Shown here in pieces: positions 56,034-63,318 of a DNA stretch of 64,000 nt (positions are counted from its first letter, which is position 1; each line of letters opens with the position of its first letter). The translations under genes and the position numbers were made by a program. The notes under the pieces are model-generated. The model had not been told where the DNA came from. It did no database searches and worked only from the letters and a program-made list of their open reading frames with translations. The DNA comes from a virus. The stretch lies in IMG/VR virus record IMGVR_UViG_3300045988_086138; one strand, 5' to 3'.

Positions 56034-56112
56034 TCCTCTATAACCTTATTCTTATAGGCTTACCGAGTCCATATATGGCCTTATTGAAATAGGACCTGGG
56101 TGTTATAGAGGA
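56034..56112. repeat. 11-bp perfect inverted repeat with 57-nt spacer
   Basis: TCCTCTATAAC (56034-56044) pairs with GTTATAGAGGA (56102-56112). Confidence 0.85.
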
Positions 56113-56289
56113 GGCAATACAGAAGAGGCCTTAATTCTTTATCACCTTAGTCCATTAGGGGCCTATATGTAATATACAGATATATAATACACTCTCAAGA
56201 GGGCAGGCGTACGTAACATAGTATATTATATATACCTATCATATATGCCCACTACAAGGCGTACCAATTTTGGCCATCGGGGCCTCCAA

Positions 56290-56313
56290 AATTAAGTGCA
56301 ATAATTAAGTGCA
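56290..56313 (+). repeat. tandem AATTAAGTGCA x2 (13-nt period)
   Basis: Copies at 56290-56300 and 56303-56313, at the left edge of the low-GC island. Confidence 0.85.
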
Positions 56314-56398
56314 CAATATTTTTAATTTTTCATTTATTTAACAGAAAATATTTTGAAAATAAAAATATTCATTTTTTCATAAATTTTTCTCGAAAATG

Positions 56399-56429
56399 TT
56401 TGTAGTTTCAAATATTATTCGTATCTTTG
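56399..56429 (+). promoter_or_regulatory. canonical Bacteroidota-type promoter (TTTG - 19 nt - TATCTTTG), copy A
   Basis: TTTG at 56399-56402 and TATCTTTG at 56422-56429. Confidence 0.6.
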
Positions 56430-56504
56430 TAATGTCAAAAAGATAAAGCGATATTTGAATAAATAATCTATTAAAACTTTTTAAGAAAATATTTCTCTAA
56501 AAAT

Positions 56505-56535
56505 TTTGCAGATTAAAAATAAAACGTTATCTTTG
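56505..56535 (+). promoter_or_regulatory. canonical Bacteroidota-type promoter (TTTG - 19 nt - TATCTTTG), copy B
   Basis: TTTG at 56505-56508 and TATCTTTG at 56528-56535. The flanks resemble copy A. Confidence 0.6.
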
Positions 56536-56669
56536 TAACAAGAAAAAGAAATAGTTCTTTGATATAGTGAAACATTTAATTAAGCTTTATTAGATAGTTA
56601 TATTAGTCTTGAAAAGTCTATTGAAAAGGTTATAAAAATAATAATTTAAAATTTTTCAAGCATTTTATT

Positions 56670-57143
56670 ATGAGCGAAAATTTAAACAATTCAGTTGAGA
56701 ACGTTAATGCAGTTACTAACAAAGAAACTTCTTCAAAGAAGAAAATAAATAAAGTAAGTGCAAGTAAAGCAAAAGCAACTGCAAAAGCAAATAGCTTAAT
56801 TGCTTTAGACGTTTTAAAAAGCGTAAAAGAAAAAAATGAAGGTCTTTTCAAAACTGCTTTAGGGACAAAAACAGAGATTTACAAAAAAGAATTATTTGCA
56901 GGTGCAAACGAAAAGCAAATCAAATCTTTGCGTAAAAAGTTTAGAAACGTGACTTTTAATTTTCTTTCTTCAATCGCTGCAAATGGAGATAAGAAATTAA
57001 TTGCGGGATTTATAGACTTTTATAAACAAGTCTATGTAACAAATGATTTTTCATTTTCTTCTATTGCATCAGAAAATACAAAAGAAGAAAAGAAAGAAAT
57101 TTTAATGAAAGGTCTTTCAATCGTAAAGAAAAACGCAAAATAA
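56670..57143 (+). CDS. Lys-rich hypothetical protein in low-GC island
   Basis: 157 aa. Codon usage differs from the rest of the phage (Ala mostly GCA, very AT-rich). Followed by a perfect palindromic terminator. Confidence 0.6.
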   Translation: MSENLNNSVENVNAVTNKETSSKKKINKVSASKAKATAKANSLIALDVLKSVKEKNEGLFKTALGTKTEIYKKELFAGANEKQIKSLRKKFRNVTFNFLSSIAANGDKKLIAGFIDFYKQVYVTNDFSFSSIASENTKEEKKEILMKGLSIVKKNAK

Positions 57144-57153
57144 GTATTCATCA

Positions 57154-57179
57154 GATAGGGAGTAATATTACTCCCTATC
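57154..57179 (+). terminator. palindromic hairpin terminator
   Basis: GATAGGGAGTAATATTACTCCCTATC is a perfect 26-nt palindrome. Confidence 0.65.
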
Positions 57180-57194
57180 ATAATTTTAAAGTAT

Positions 57195-57500
57195 ATGATA
57201 TTAATTTTAATATTGCTATTAATTATTTATAGCACTTTGTTACTAATTTGTTATTTGCTTACTAAAAACAAATTTATTATAGTAACGTCTTTCGATAGTA
57301 TTCATTTATCAGATAGTGACAAATACACTTATTACAATATTTCTAATATTTGGAAATGTATAGAAAATTGTTCTCATTTTCATTATTGCTTAATTACTCC
57401 CTACACTTTAATATCTTTAGCAATAATGAGTAGTAAGAACTTTACTAAAAAAGTTTTTTACAATAATCGAAAGTTATTTGTTTGCAAAGAAGAATATTAA
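57195..57500 (+). CDS. small membrane-anchored protein in low-GC island
   Basis: N-terminal MILILILLLIIYSTLLLICYLL. Cys/His-rich middle. Confidence 0.5.
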   Translation: MILILILLLIIYSTLLLICYLLTKNKFIIVTSFDSIHLSDSDKYTYYNISNIWKCIENCSHFHYCLITPYTLISLAIMSSKNFTKKVFYNNRKLFVCKEEY

Positions 57501-57511
57501 AATAACTATCA

Positions 57512-57550
57512 AAGGGACATTCAAATAAATGTTTGTCCCTTACTTTTTAT
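57512..57550 (+). terminator. rho-independent terminator
   Basis: AAGGGACA (57512-57519) / TGTCCCTT (57534-57541), followed by ACTTTTTATTT. Confidence 0.65.
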
Positions 57551-57671
57551 TTATGAATGTTTAATTTAACGTAACCGTTCGCCCCATTTACTACTACAAC
57601 TTTTTGACACCTCGTATTAAGGGCATACCTTGAACACACAAATCCCACATGCCCACAAAACACACAAAGAA

Positions 57672-57694
57672 GCCAGAGACCCAATATCCCTGGC
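57672..57694 (-). terminator. weak hairpin after minus-strand operon
   Basis: GCCAG / CTGGC 5-bp stem. The minus strand continues T/G-rich. Confidence 0.3.
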
Positions 57695-57701
57695 AACCCT
57701 A

Positions 57702-57968
57702 CTACAGAATACTCCTCAATAAATCCTTAGTCCTATCCTTCCCCAGAACCCCCCTAACCTTACCACATTTCTTCTCATAAAAGAAAACATACCATATCTG
57801 AAGATCCCTCAACCACCATCTCTTAACTTCACCATAGCCATCAAAGTATCTTTCAATACAATTCATATCCAACTGGGTAATCCAAATCTGATACCAAATT
57901 CTATTGCCTTCAGAACACCTTAGGATTCTCTTATCCCGTTCATCCTTAATTACTTCAACCTTCACCAT
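57702..57968 (-). CDS. hypothetical protein
   Basis: 88-aa ORF, last gene of a three-gene minus-strand operon. Confidence 0.5.
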   Translation of the reverse strand: MVKVEVIKDERDKRILRCSEGNRIWYQIWITQLDMNCIERYFDGYGEVKRWWLRDLQIWYVFFYEKKCGKVRGVLGKDRTKDLLRSIL

Positions 57969-57971
57969 ATA

Positions 57972-58223
57972 TCACTTCTCTTTAAATTCATTCTCAAACT
58001 CGGATATCACTTTCTCCAATAACTTTGCCCTTACTTCATTAAACTCTAAGGTTAATGGATACCAATAGAATTTATACCTTTCATTTTCAGGTATATCCTC
58101 AATCCTATATTTATACCAGTAGTTGAATAAGCCTATAAGGATTAACTTGAGGCTCCTTATTATCCTATCGGCATTATCCCTTAGGTAATCCTCTACTCCT
58201 AATAATTCTATATCACTTTTCAT
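57972..58223 (-). CDS. hypothetical protein
   Basis: 83-aa ORF. Confidence 0.5.
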   Translation of the reverse strand: MKSDIELLGVEDYLRDNADRIIRSLKLILIGLFNYWYKYRIEDIPENERYKFYWYPLTLEFNEVRAKLLEKVISEFENEFKEK

Positions 58224-58434
58224 GGTTAAGCATTTCTCTATTAATCCTAAATCCAGGCCTTGAGATAATCATTCTCTGTACCTCATGGATTTTTCTTTCC
58301 ATATCTTTTCTCTCACCCATATATTGTTCTGGAATTTCCAAAAACAAATTCCAAGCCCTTTCAGTAAGCTTAAGGATTTGTTTTTCCTTTTTAGTAAACC
58401 TTGCTGGGTCATACCCATTCGTATCTTGTTCCAT
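58213..58434 (-). CDS. hypothetical protein
   Basis: 73-aa ORF, first gene of the minus-strand operon. Confidence 0.5.
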   Translation of the reverse strand: MEQDTNGYDPARFTKKEKQILKLTERAWNLFLEIPEQYMGERKDMERKIHEVQRMIISRPGFRINREMLNHEK

Positions 58435-58471
58435 ATCTCAATATAAATTAGTTATTATATAATATCATAGC

Positions 58472-58491
58472 ACCCATATTATCCTATGGGT
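58472..58491. repeat. 7-bp inverted repeat in divergent intergenic region (operator-like)
   Basis: ACCCATA (58472-58478) pairs with TATGGGT (58485-58491). Confidence 0.6.
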
Positions 58492-58520
58492 ATTGGATTA
58501 CAATATCAAGTCTTTGCTTA

Positions 58521-58553
58521 TATAAATGATTATAAATGATTATAAATGATTAT
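58521..58553 (+). repeat. tandem repeat (TATAAATGAT) x3 plus partial unit, ending in the start codon
   Basis: Three perfect 10-nt units at 58521-58550. ATG 58546 lies in unit 3. Confidence 0.95.
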
Positions 58554-59256
58554 GGAAGTATTCGATTTAACTAGAGGTACCACAACTGGTACCGTACGAG
58601 TACCTGCTAAGGCAGGTGAAACAGCTCAATTTAAAATTAGGTCCACAAAGGCAAAGAAGGTAAATGGGAAATCCCAAACCCCAGAAAGGATTAACTTTAC
58701 TTACCCTTATGCTAATCAGGCCGTTGTAAGAGCCTCTTGGGAAGAAGACCCATCTAATGCAGAACTGTATATAGTTACCTTATTGGTTATACGTACAAAT
58801 ACTGCTAACACCGAAGATAATACCACGGTACCTTTCACTCAGAATGAATCAGGTAATGTATTAAATCTAACTGTGGTACAAGAAGCTGCCGCAATTACCT
58901 ATGAATATTTCGTTATAGGTAAACCTCAAGATGGTATCATGGTAAATGATCCAGCCACTTTAGTTTTTGAATCTCATTTTGGTTCAACTAATAATTCGAT
59001 AATATTCCAAGTGTTGAAGGTGGGATACCAAGGGAGTACCATTATATCTCAAGAGATTGTAGGTAGTACCGATGGTTTTACCGCTTATAGTAGACCTATT
59101 AATGATGGCTTTAGGTTAGGTAGAGAATCTGGAGTAGATGAAACTTCAATCTCTACTATTGGTGGGTCATCTGGTAAATGGTTCGGTACAATCAATGTAA
59201 GTTTCACTTATGGTAGTATTAGTGGTAGTAATGATATAGAACTTTATCAACGTTAG
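58546..59256 (+). CDS. BACON-like (Ig-fold) domain protein, paralog 1
   Basis: N-terminal module ending NTTVPFTQNESGNVLNLTVVQEAAA, similar to the next two genes. Confidence 0.5.
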   Translation: MIMEVFDLTRGTTTGTVRVPAKAGETAQFKIRSTKAKKVNGKSQTPERINFTYPYANQAVVRASWEEDPSNAELYIVTLLVIRTNTANTEDNTTVPFTQNESGNVLNLTVVQEAAAITYEYFVIGKPQDGIMVNDPATLVFESHFGSTNNSIIFQVLKVGYQGSTIISQEIVGSTDGFTAYSRPINDGFRLGRESGVDETSISTIGGSSGKWFGTINVSFTYGSISGSNDIELYQR

Positions 59257-59260
59257 AATT

Positions 59261-59995
59261 ATGGAAATCAAAACAATCGATTTTAGAGCAGTGGGGGGGG
59301 GGCAAACCACCTTAAACCTTACATTTCCTTATACACAAGGTATAGAACCTATTGAAGTAACTTCTCTAAAGGTTCGAAAGGTCAATGGAAAAGAAGACGG
59401 TAGCTCTGTTCAAGTTGGCTATGTTATAGATGAGCCTCCTTATGGATATATAATAGGTCAGACTATAGATGGATTCGAGATACACTATAAAGAAAATTCT
59501 AGTAATGATAGTAGGAACGGTGTCATTACCCTTACTCAAAATGAATCAAACAAACAATGTAAGGTAAACTTTACTCAGAAAGCAAATCCTATACGACGTT
59601 ATAAGGGCTTGACTATGAAAAGTTATGGTAACTCTCTTGAGAGTCGTGATACTTATGTAGAGTTTGATAATGATACCAAGTACTTTAAATGGGCCGGTTC
59701 AACTAACGGTCTTACTATGTATATGAGAAATTCTCAGGGATTCGAAAAATCATTTAAGAGTTTCATATTACATACTACTCAGATTAATAACTTTGGGCAA
59801 TACAGTCCAAGCTATATATCCTTCTATGGAGAAAAGAACTTTGTAAACGGTACCTACTCAGCCTCTCTTACAGACCATACAGACCTTGTATTTAAACTAC
59901 CTTTGTCATCTGGCCTATGGGAACCTTTTAGTATCAAACTATGGAGTGATCAAGGTGGAGATGACTACTCACTGAGTTTTGAACAATTAACTTAA
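59261..59995 (+). CDS. BACON-like (Ig-fold) domain protein, paralog 2
   Basis: IDFRAVGGGQTTLNLTFPY...SRNGVITLTQNESNKQCKVNFTQKA fits the BACON-type ...R.g.itl.Q...v.Q pattern. Contains a G10 tract. Confidence 0.55.
   Translation: MEIKTIDFRAVGGGQTTLNLTFPYTQGIEPIEVTSLKVRKVNGKEDGSSVQVGYVIDEPPYGYIIGQTIDGFEIHYKENSSNDSRNGVITLTQNESNKQCKVNFTQKANPIRRYKGLTMKSYGNSLESRDTYVEFDNDTKYFKWAGSTNGLTMYMRNSQGFEKSFKSFILHTTQINNFGQYSPSYISFYGEKNFVNGTYSASLTDHTDLVFKLPLSSGLWEPFSIKLWSDQGGDDYSLSFEQLT
59293..59302 (+). repeat. poly-G tract (10 G) in codons 11-14 of paralog 2
   Basis: GCA GTG GGG GGG GGG CAA, in frame in this sequence. Confidence 0.9.
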
Positions 59996-60001
59996 AAATA
60001 T

Positions 60002-61014
60002 ATGGAAAATTATAATCCCCCCCCCTAAAACTGGCCTTTGATGCCAGGGGAGCTACATCTCAAACTATAAATGCTCCTTATGAAGGAACCAAAACAACCC
60101 TTACCATTTACTCTTATAGAGATACGAAAGTAAATGGTAAGGTTACTGGCAGTGACCTAATAGACTTCACTACTAAACTTACATCTGATGGTAATATCTC
60201 AGATTCTTGGATTTTTACCAAGAAAGCAGTAAATGATGCGTTGTCATATAGCTTGGAAATAGAGATAAGCCCAAATTTAGGTGGAGCTAGAACTGGTACT
60301 ATAACTCTTACTCAGGTTTCATCTGGAAAAACCATAACCATTAATATCTCTCAGGCAGCAGGCATAAGGATCCAAGAATATGTGTTTACTGGTCCACCTA
60401 TTACGAATTTCATGTTCTTAGCAGCTGGAGGTACAGAAACTGTAGAAGTAGAAAGTTATGCTCTATATTCTGATGGTTCTAAAGTAGCTGAAGTACCTTA
60501 TGTAGATTCAAAACCCACTTGGTTAACAGTTGAAATTACTCCAAAGAATCAATATGTTGGTAATACTAAATATTTAGTTAAAATGACAGTTGCTCCAAAT
60601 ACTGGTGAAATTCGTAATGGAACTCTGACTTTAAGTCAGGGAGTAGTGGAAGGTAAATCCCTTTCATTTACTTTGAGTCAGGGAGAACAAATTACAGATA
60701 CCGATATAACCTTAACACTTACAAATTTACCAATTAATGGAACTGGTGCTCTATTTGGAGAATTCGAAGTACCGAGTAGTAATTCTGCAATGGGGTATTT
60801 TGCCTTTAGTATCTTGGGCAGTACTCATAGCTTCACATATAGAAGATCTACCGGTTTACAAGTAAATTTATCTACTCCGGGAGAAACCGATATAGCCTAT
60901 GTTAATGATATAATAAGACTCTATATTTGGGATGATACTCGAGCTATATGGGTATATAGAACCCAATTTAGTTTATCAGGTAGAGATGAAACTATTTTCG
61001 TAACAGAAGAATAG
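60002..61014 (+). pseudogene. BACON-like two-module protein, paralog 3; frame broken at a C9 tract
   Basis: ATG 60002 reads MENYNPPP then TAA. The frame of ORF 60241-61014 is open back to 60016 and encodes LKLAFDARGATSQTINAPYEGTK..., similar to the N-terminus of paralog 2. That ORF is called only from an internal TTG. Confidence 0.6.
60017..60025 (+). repeat. poly-C tract (9 C by frame arithmetic against ORF-track coordinates)
   Basis: A run length of 7 or 10 would join ATG 60002 to the long ORF. Confidence 0.8.
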
Positions 61015-61030
61015 GGGTCTTAGACCCCTA
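61012..61030. terminator. bidirectional hairpin between convergent genes
   Basis: TAGGGGTC-TTA-GACCCCTA, an 8-bp stem. Confidence 0.6.
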
Positions 61031-61040
61031 TTCTTAATAT

Positions 61041-61232
61041 CTACAAGAGTTTATATCTTATAAACTTATAAAATAAGTATATTGGGAACAATGGAAGAAC
61101 TAGCCATACCGAAATAAATAATACCAGAGAATGGAGTTTATGGGTTTGTGGTAAAAAATCCAGGCAAGCTTTTACAAAGAACATGGTAAATGGTAAGCAT
61201 ACCAAATAGATGATAACGATTACTGTAGTCAT
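61041..61232 (-). CDS. small membrane protein
   Basis: 63 aa with two hydrophobic segments. ATGA overlap with the upstream gene. Confidence 0.5.
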   Translation of the reverse strand: MTTVIVIIYLVCLPFTMFFVKACLDFLPQTHKLHSLVLFISVWLVLPLFPIYLFYKFIRYKLL

Positions 61233-61627
61233 TGTTCCTCCTTGAAATACTTGTTAATAATCTTAGTGAGCTTCTTATCGAAATCTATCATTACATCTAA
61301 AGCTTCTTCCTCTCCAATACTTCTTATCTTTTTATCCAAGAACTCCATATTTCTTTTAATGGAGAAATAGGCTTTATAAGCCAAGAACCCCTTTTCATTT
61401 TCCTCAGTTAAAGGTAAAACCTTACCATCCTTTCCATCTAACCTTGAATAAGTATCATCTGGTCCAAGTGTTCTTGCAACCTTTACCCGATTACTCAATG
61501 TAGCATACCCACCTTTCTTATCGATAGACTCTACCGTTACCTTCTCCATGATTTGTCTCCCATCAAGTAAGAAGAAAACTTCATCACCTTCCCTGAGCTT
61601 TTTGATTTCTTTCTTTTCTTTTTTCAT
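61229..61627 (-). CDS. hypothetical protein
   Basis: 132-aa ORF. Confidence 0.5.
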   Translation of the reverse strand: MKKEKKEIKKLREGDEVFFLLDGRQIMEKVTVESIDKKGGYATLSNRVKVARTLGPDDTYSRLDGKDGKVLPLTEENEKGFLAYKAYFSIKRNMEFLDKKIRSIGEEEALDVMIDFDKKLTKIINKYFKEEQ

Positions 61628-61638
61628 ATCTGTATTAA

Positions 61639-62172
61639 TTAGAAATTTTCTTTATGCAAAGATAATAAATAATTTCTTATATTTATTGCATTATCAATCT
61701 TATTTTTAATAAATTCATAGGTAATGTTTCTACGGTCCTGAAGTTCTTTGAATTGTTCAGGGGATAGAAATATACCATTAATTTTAAAAAGTCCTCTTAG
61801 AGGCTTCGGTATATCTCCTTGATGACTGGCGTTATTAGTCTGTACTAAAGAGAAGCTCTTATGTTTTTCATCAAGTATAGCAGCGTAGGTCATAGTTGGG
61901 TTTAACATAGCATGATATAGACCACTAAACCCAGTAGGAATAGTTAAAATAGTACCCGGTACCTTGACTATCCAATGGTCATACTTCGGAGTTATCAGAG
62001 CAACTTTGTTCTGTTTTAATAACTCCTTGTCATATTCTACTCGTTTATGCCAAAAAGCACAATGAAAACAGAGTTGGTCAGACTTCATCAAGAGCGGAAT
62101 TTCATAAGTAGGCTCATAATCCTCTAAATTAATGGGTTTGCCACATATGTGGCATCGATTTTTCTTGTCCAT
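61639..62172 (-). CDS. hypothetical zinc-finger protein
   Basis: CHICGKPI ... CFHCAFWH, two CxxC pairs. Confidence 0.5.
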   Translation of the reverse strand: MDKKNRCHICGKPINLEDYEPTYEIPLLMKSDQLCFHCAFWHKRVEYDKELLKQNKVALITPKYDHWIVKVPGTILTIPTGFSGLYHAMLNPTMTYAAILDEKHKSFSLVQTNNASHQGDIPKPLRGLFKINGIFLSPEQFKELQDRRNITYEFIKNKIDNAINIRNYLLSLHKENF

Positions 62173-62281
62173 ATTGCATTATTTATAAATTATATATGAT
62201 AATAGAACCTTGAAACATCCTAAAAATGGGTTATAAGCAATACTTTCGTTACTAAAATTGAACCATTAAAACTGATAGGTT

Positions 62282-62878
62282 ATGGATAAATTAACAAATG
62301 AGATGATTAAAGACCTTGCTAATCGCTTAGGTCTAGAACCTGCTCTCTTAAAAGCTGTTCAAATCGTAGAAGCAGCTGGTAGAGATGGATTTTTAGCTGA
62401 TGGCAGACCTCAAATTCTCTTTGAAGGTCACATTATGTACAAAGAATTTCATAAAAAGTTCCCAGAAAGAGATTTGGGGTACCTTTGTAAGAAATTTTCT
62501 ACGGTATTTTATCCAAAATGGGATAAATCTAAGTATCTTGGCGGTGTACACGAGTATAAAAGACTCGAATTAGCCCAAGAAATTGATGAAGAATGTGCAT
62601 TAAAGTCTGCAAGTTGGGGTATGTTCCAGATTATGGGCTTTAATCACAAACTTTGTAGCTGTAATGATGTCTATGATTTTGTTCATAAGATGTCTGAATC
62701 TCATGAAAAACAACTAGAACTGATGTATTATTTCATGAATACTTCTGGTTGTTTGAAGAACCTCAAGGAAAAGGATTGGGCAGGCTTCGCAAAGAAGTAT
62801 AATGGTCCTGGTTATGCCCAAAATGCTTACGACCAAAAATTAAGAAATGCTTACGAAAACTTTAAAAACAAGTTATGA
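62282..62878 (+). CDS. endolysin, N-acetylmuramidase family
   Basis: LEPALLKAVQIVEAAGRDGFLADGRPQILFEGHIMY ... SWGMFQIMGFNH ... FAKKYNGPGYAQNAYDQKL matches the phage muramidase family. Confidence 0.8.
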   Translation: MDKLTNEMIKDLANRLGLEPALLKAVQIVEAAGRDGFLADGRPQILFEGHIMYKEFHKKFPERDLGYLCKKFSTVFYPKWDKSKYLGGVHEYKRLELAQEIDEECALKSASWGMFQIMGFNHKLCSCNDVYDFVHKMSESHEKQLELMYYFMNTSGCLKNLKEKDWAGFAKKYNGPGYAQNAYDQKLRNAYENFKNKL

Positions 62879-63318
62879 AAAGATGTCATTTTAATAGCTG
62901 GGTAGCAAAACTGCTTTTGTTCCCAACTTATACAGCCGTTACTCTACTGTATAACTCTTTCTTCAAGAAAGATGAAGATGAATACTCTATGGATGATATA
63001 AATCACGAGTGTATTCATCAAGTACAACAAATGGAGTGTAGTGTTATTGGATTAGCACTGGGATTAGTATTATGTGGATTATTCAACTTATCTCTCTGGT
63101 GGATAATAATCTTGGGTCTTGGATTCTTCTATATCTGGTATGGTATAGAATATCTTATAATCCTATGTTTTGCTAAATGGGACAAACAGAATGAGAGATA
63201 TCATGATGTAAGTTTCGAGGAAGAAGCTCATAACAATGATGGGGATTGGGACTACCTTGAAGACCGTAAACCATTTGCATGGATTAAGTACATCAAATTG
63301 AGAAGTTATAAGAAATGA
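62875..63318 (+). CDS. membrane protein with HExxH motif
   Basis: INHECIHQVQ is followed by hydrophobic segments (VIGLALGLVLCGLF, WWIIILGLGFFYIWYGIEYLIILCF). ATGA overlap with the endolysin gene. Confidence 0.45.
   Translation: MKRCHFNSWVAKLLLFPTYTAVTLLYNSFFKKDEDEYSMDDINHECIHQVQQMECSVIGLALGLVLCGLFNLSLWWIIILGLGFFYIWYGIEYLIILCFAKWDKQNERYHDVSFEEEAHNNDGDWDYLEDRKPFAWIKYIKLRSYKK

Noticed and set aside
53370-56670. Alternative genetic code (stop-codon reassignment) as an explanation for the ORF-poor stretches.
   Set aside because: Flanking genes are long and intact in the standard code. The ORF-poor tracts contain all three stop codons densely in every frame.
58521-58553. Short tandem repeat considered as a CRISPR-like or minisatellite array.
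   Set aside because: It has only three 10-nt units and no spacers. It is better read as a simple-sequence tract at a gene start.
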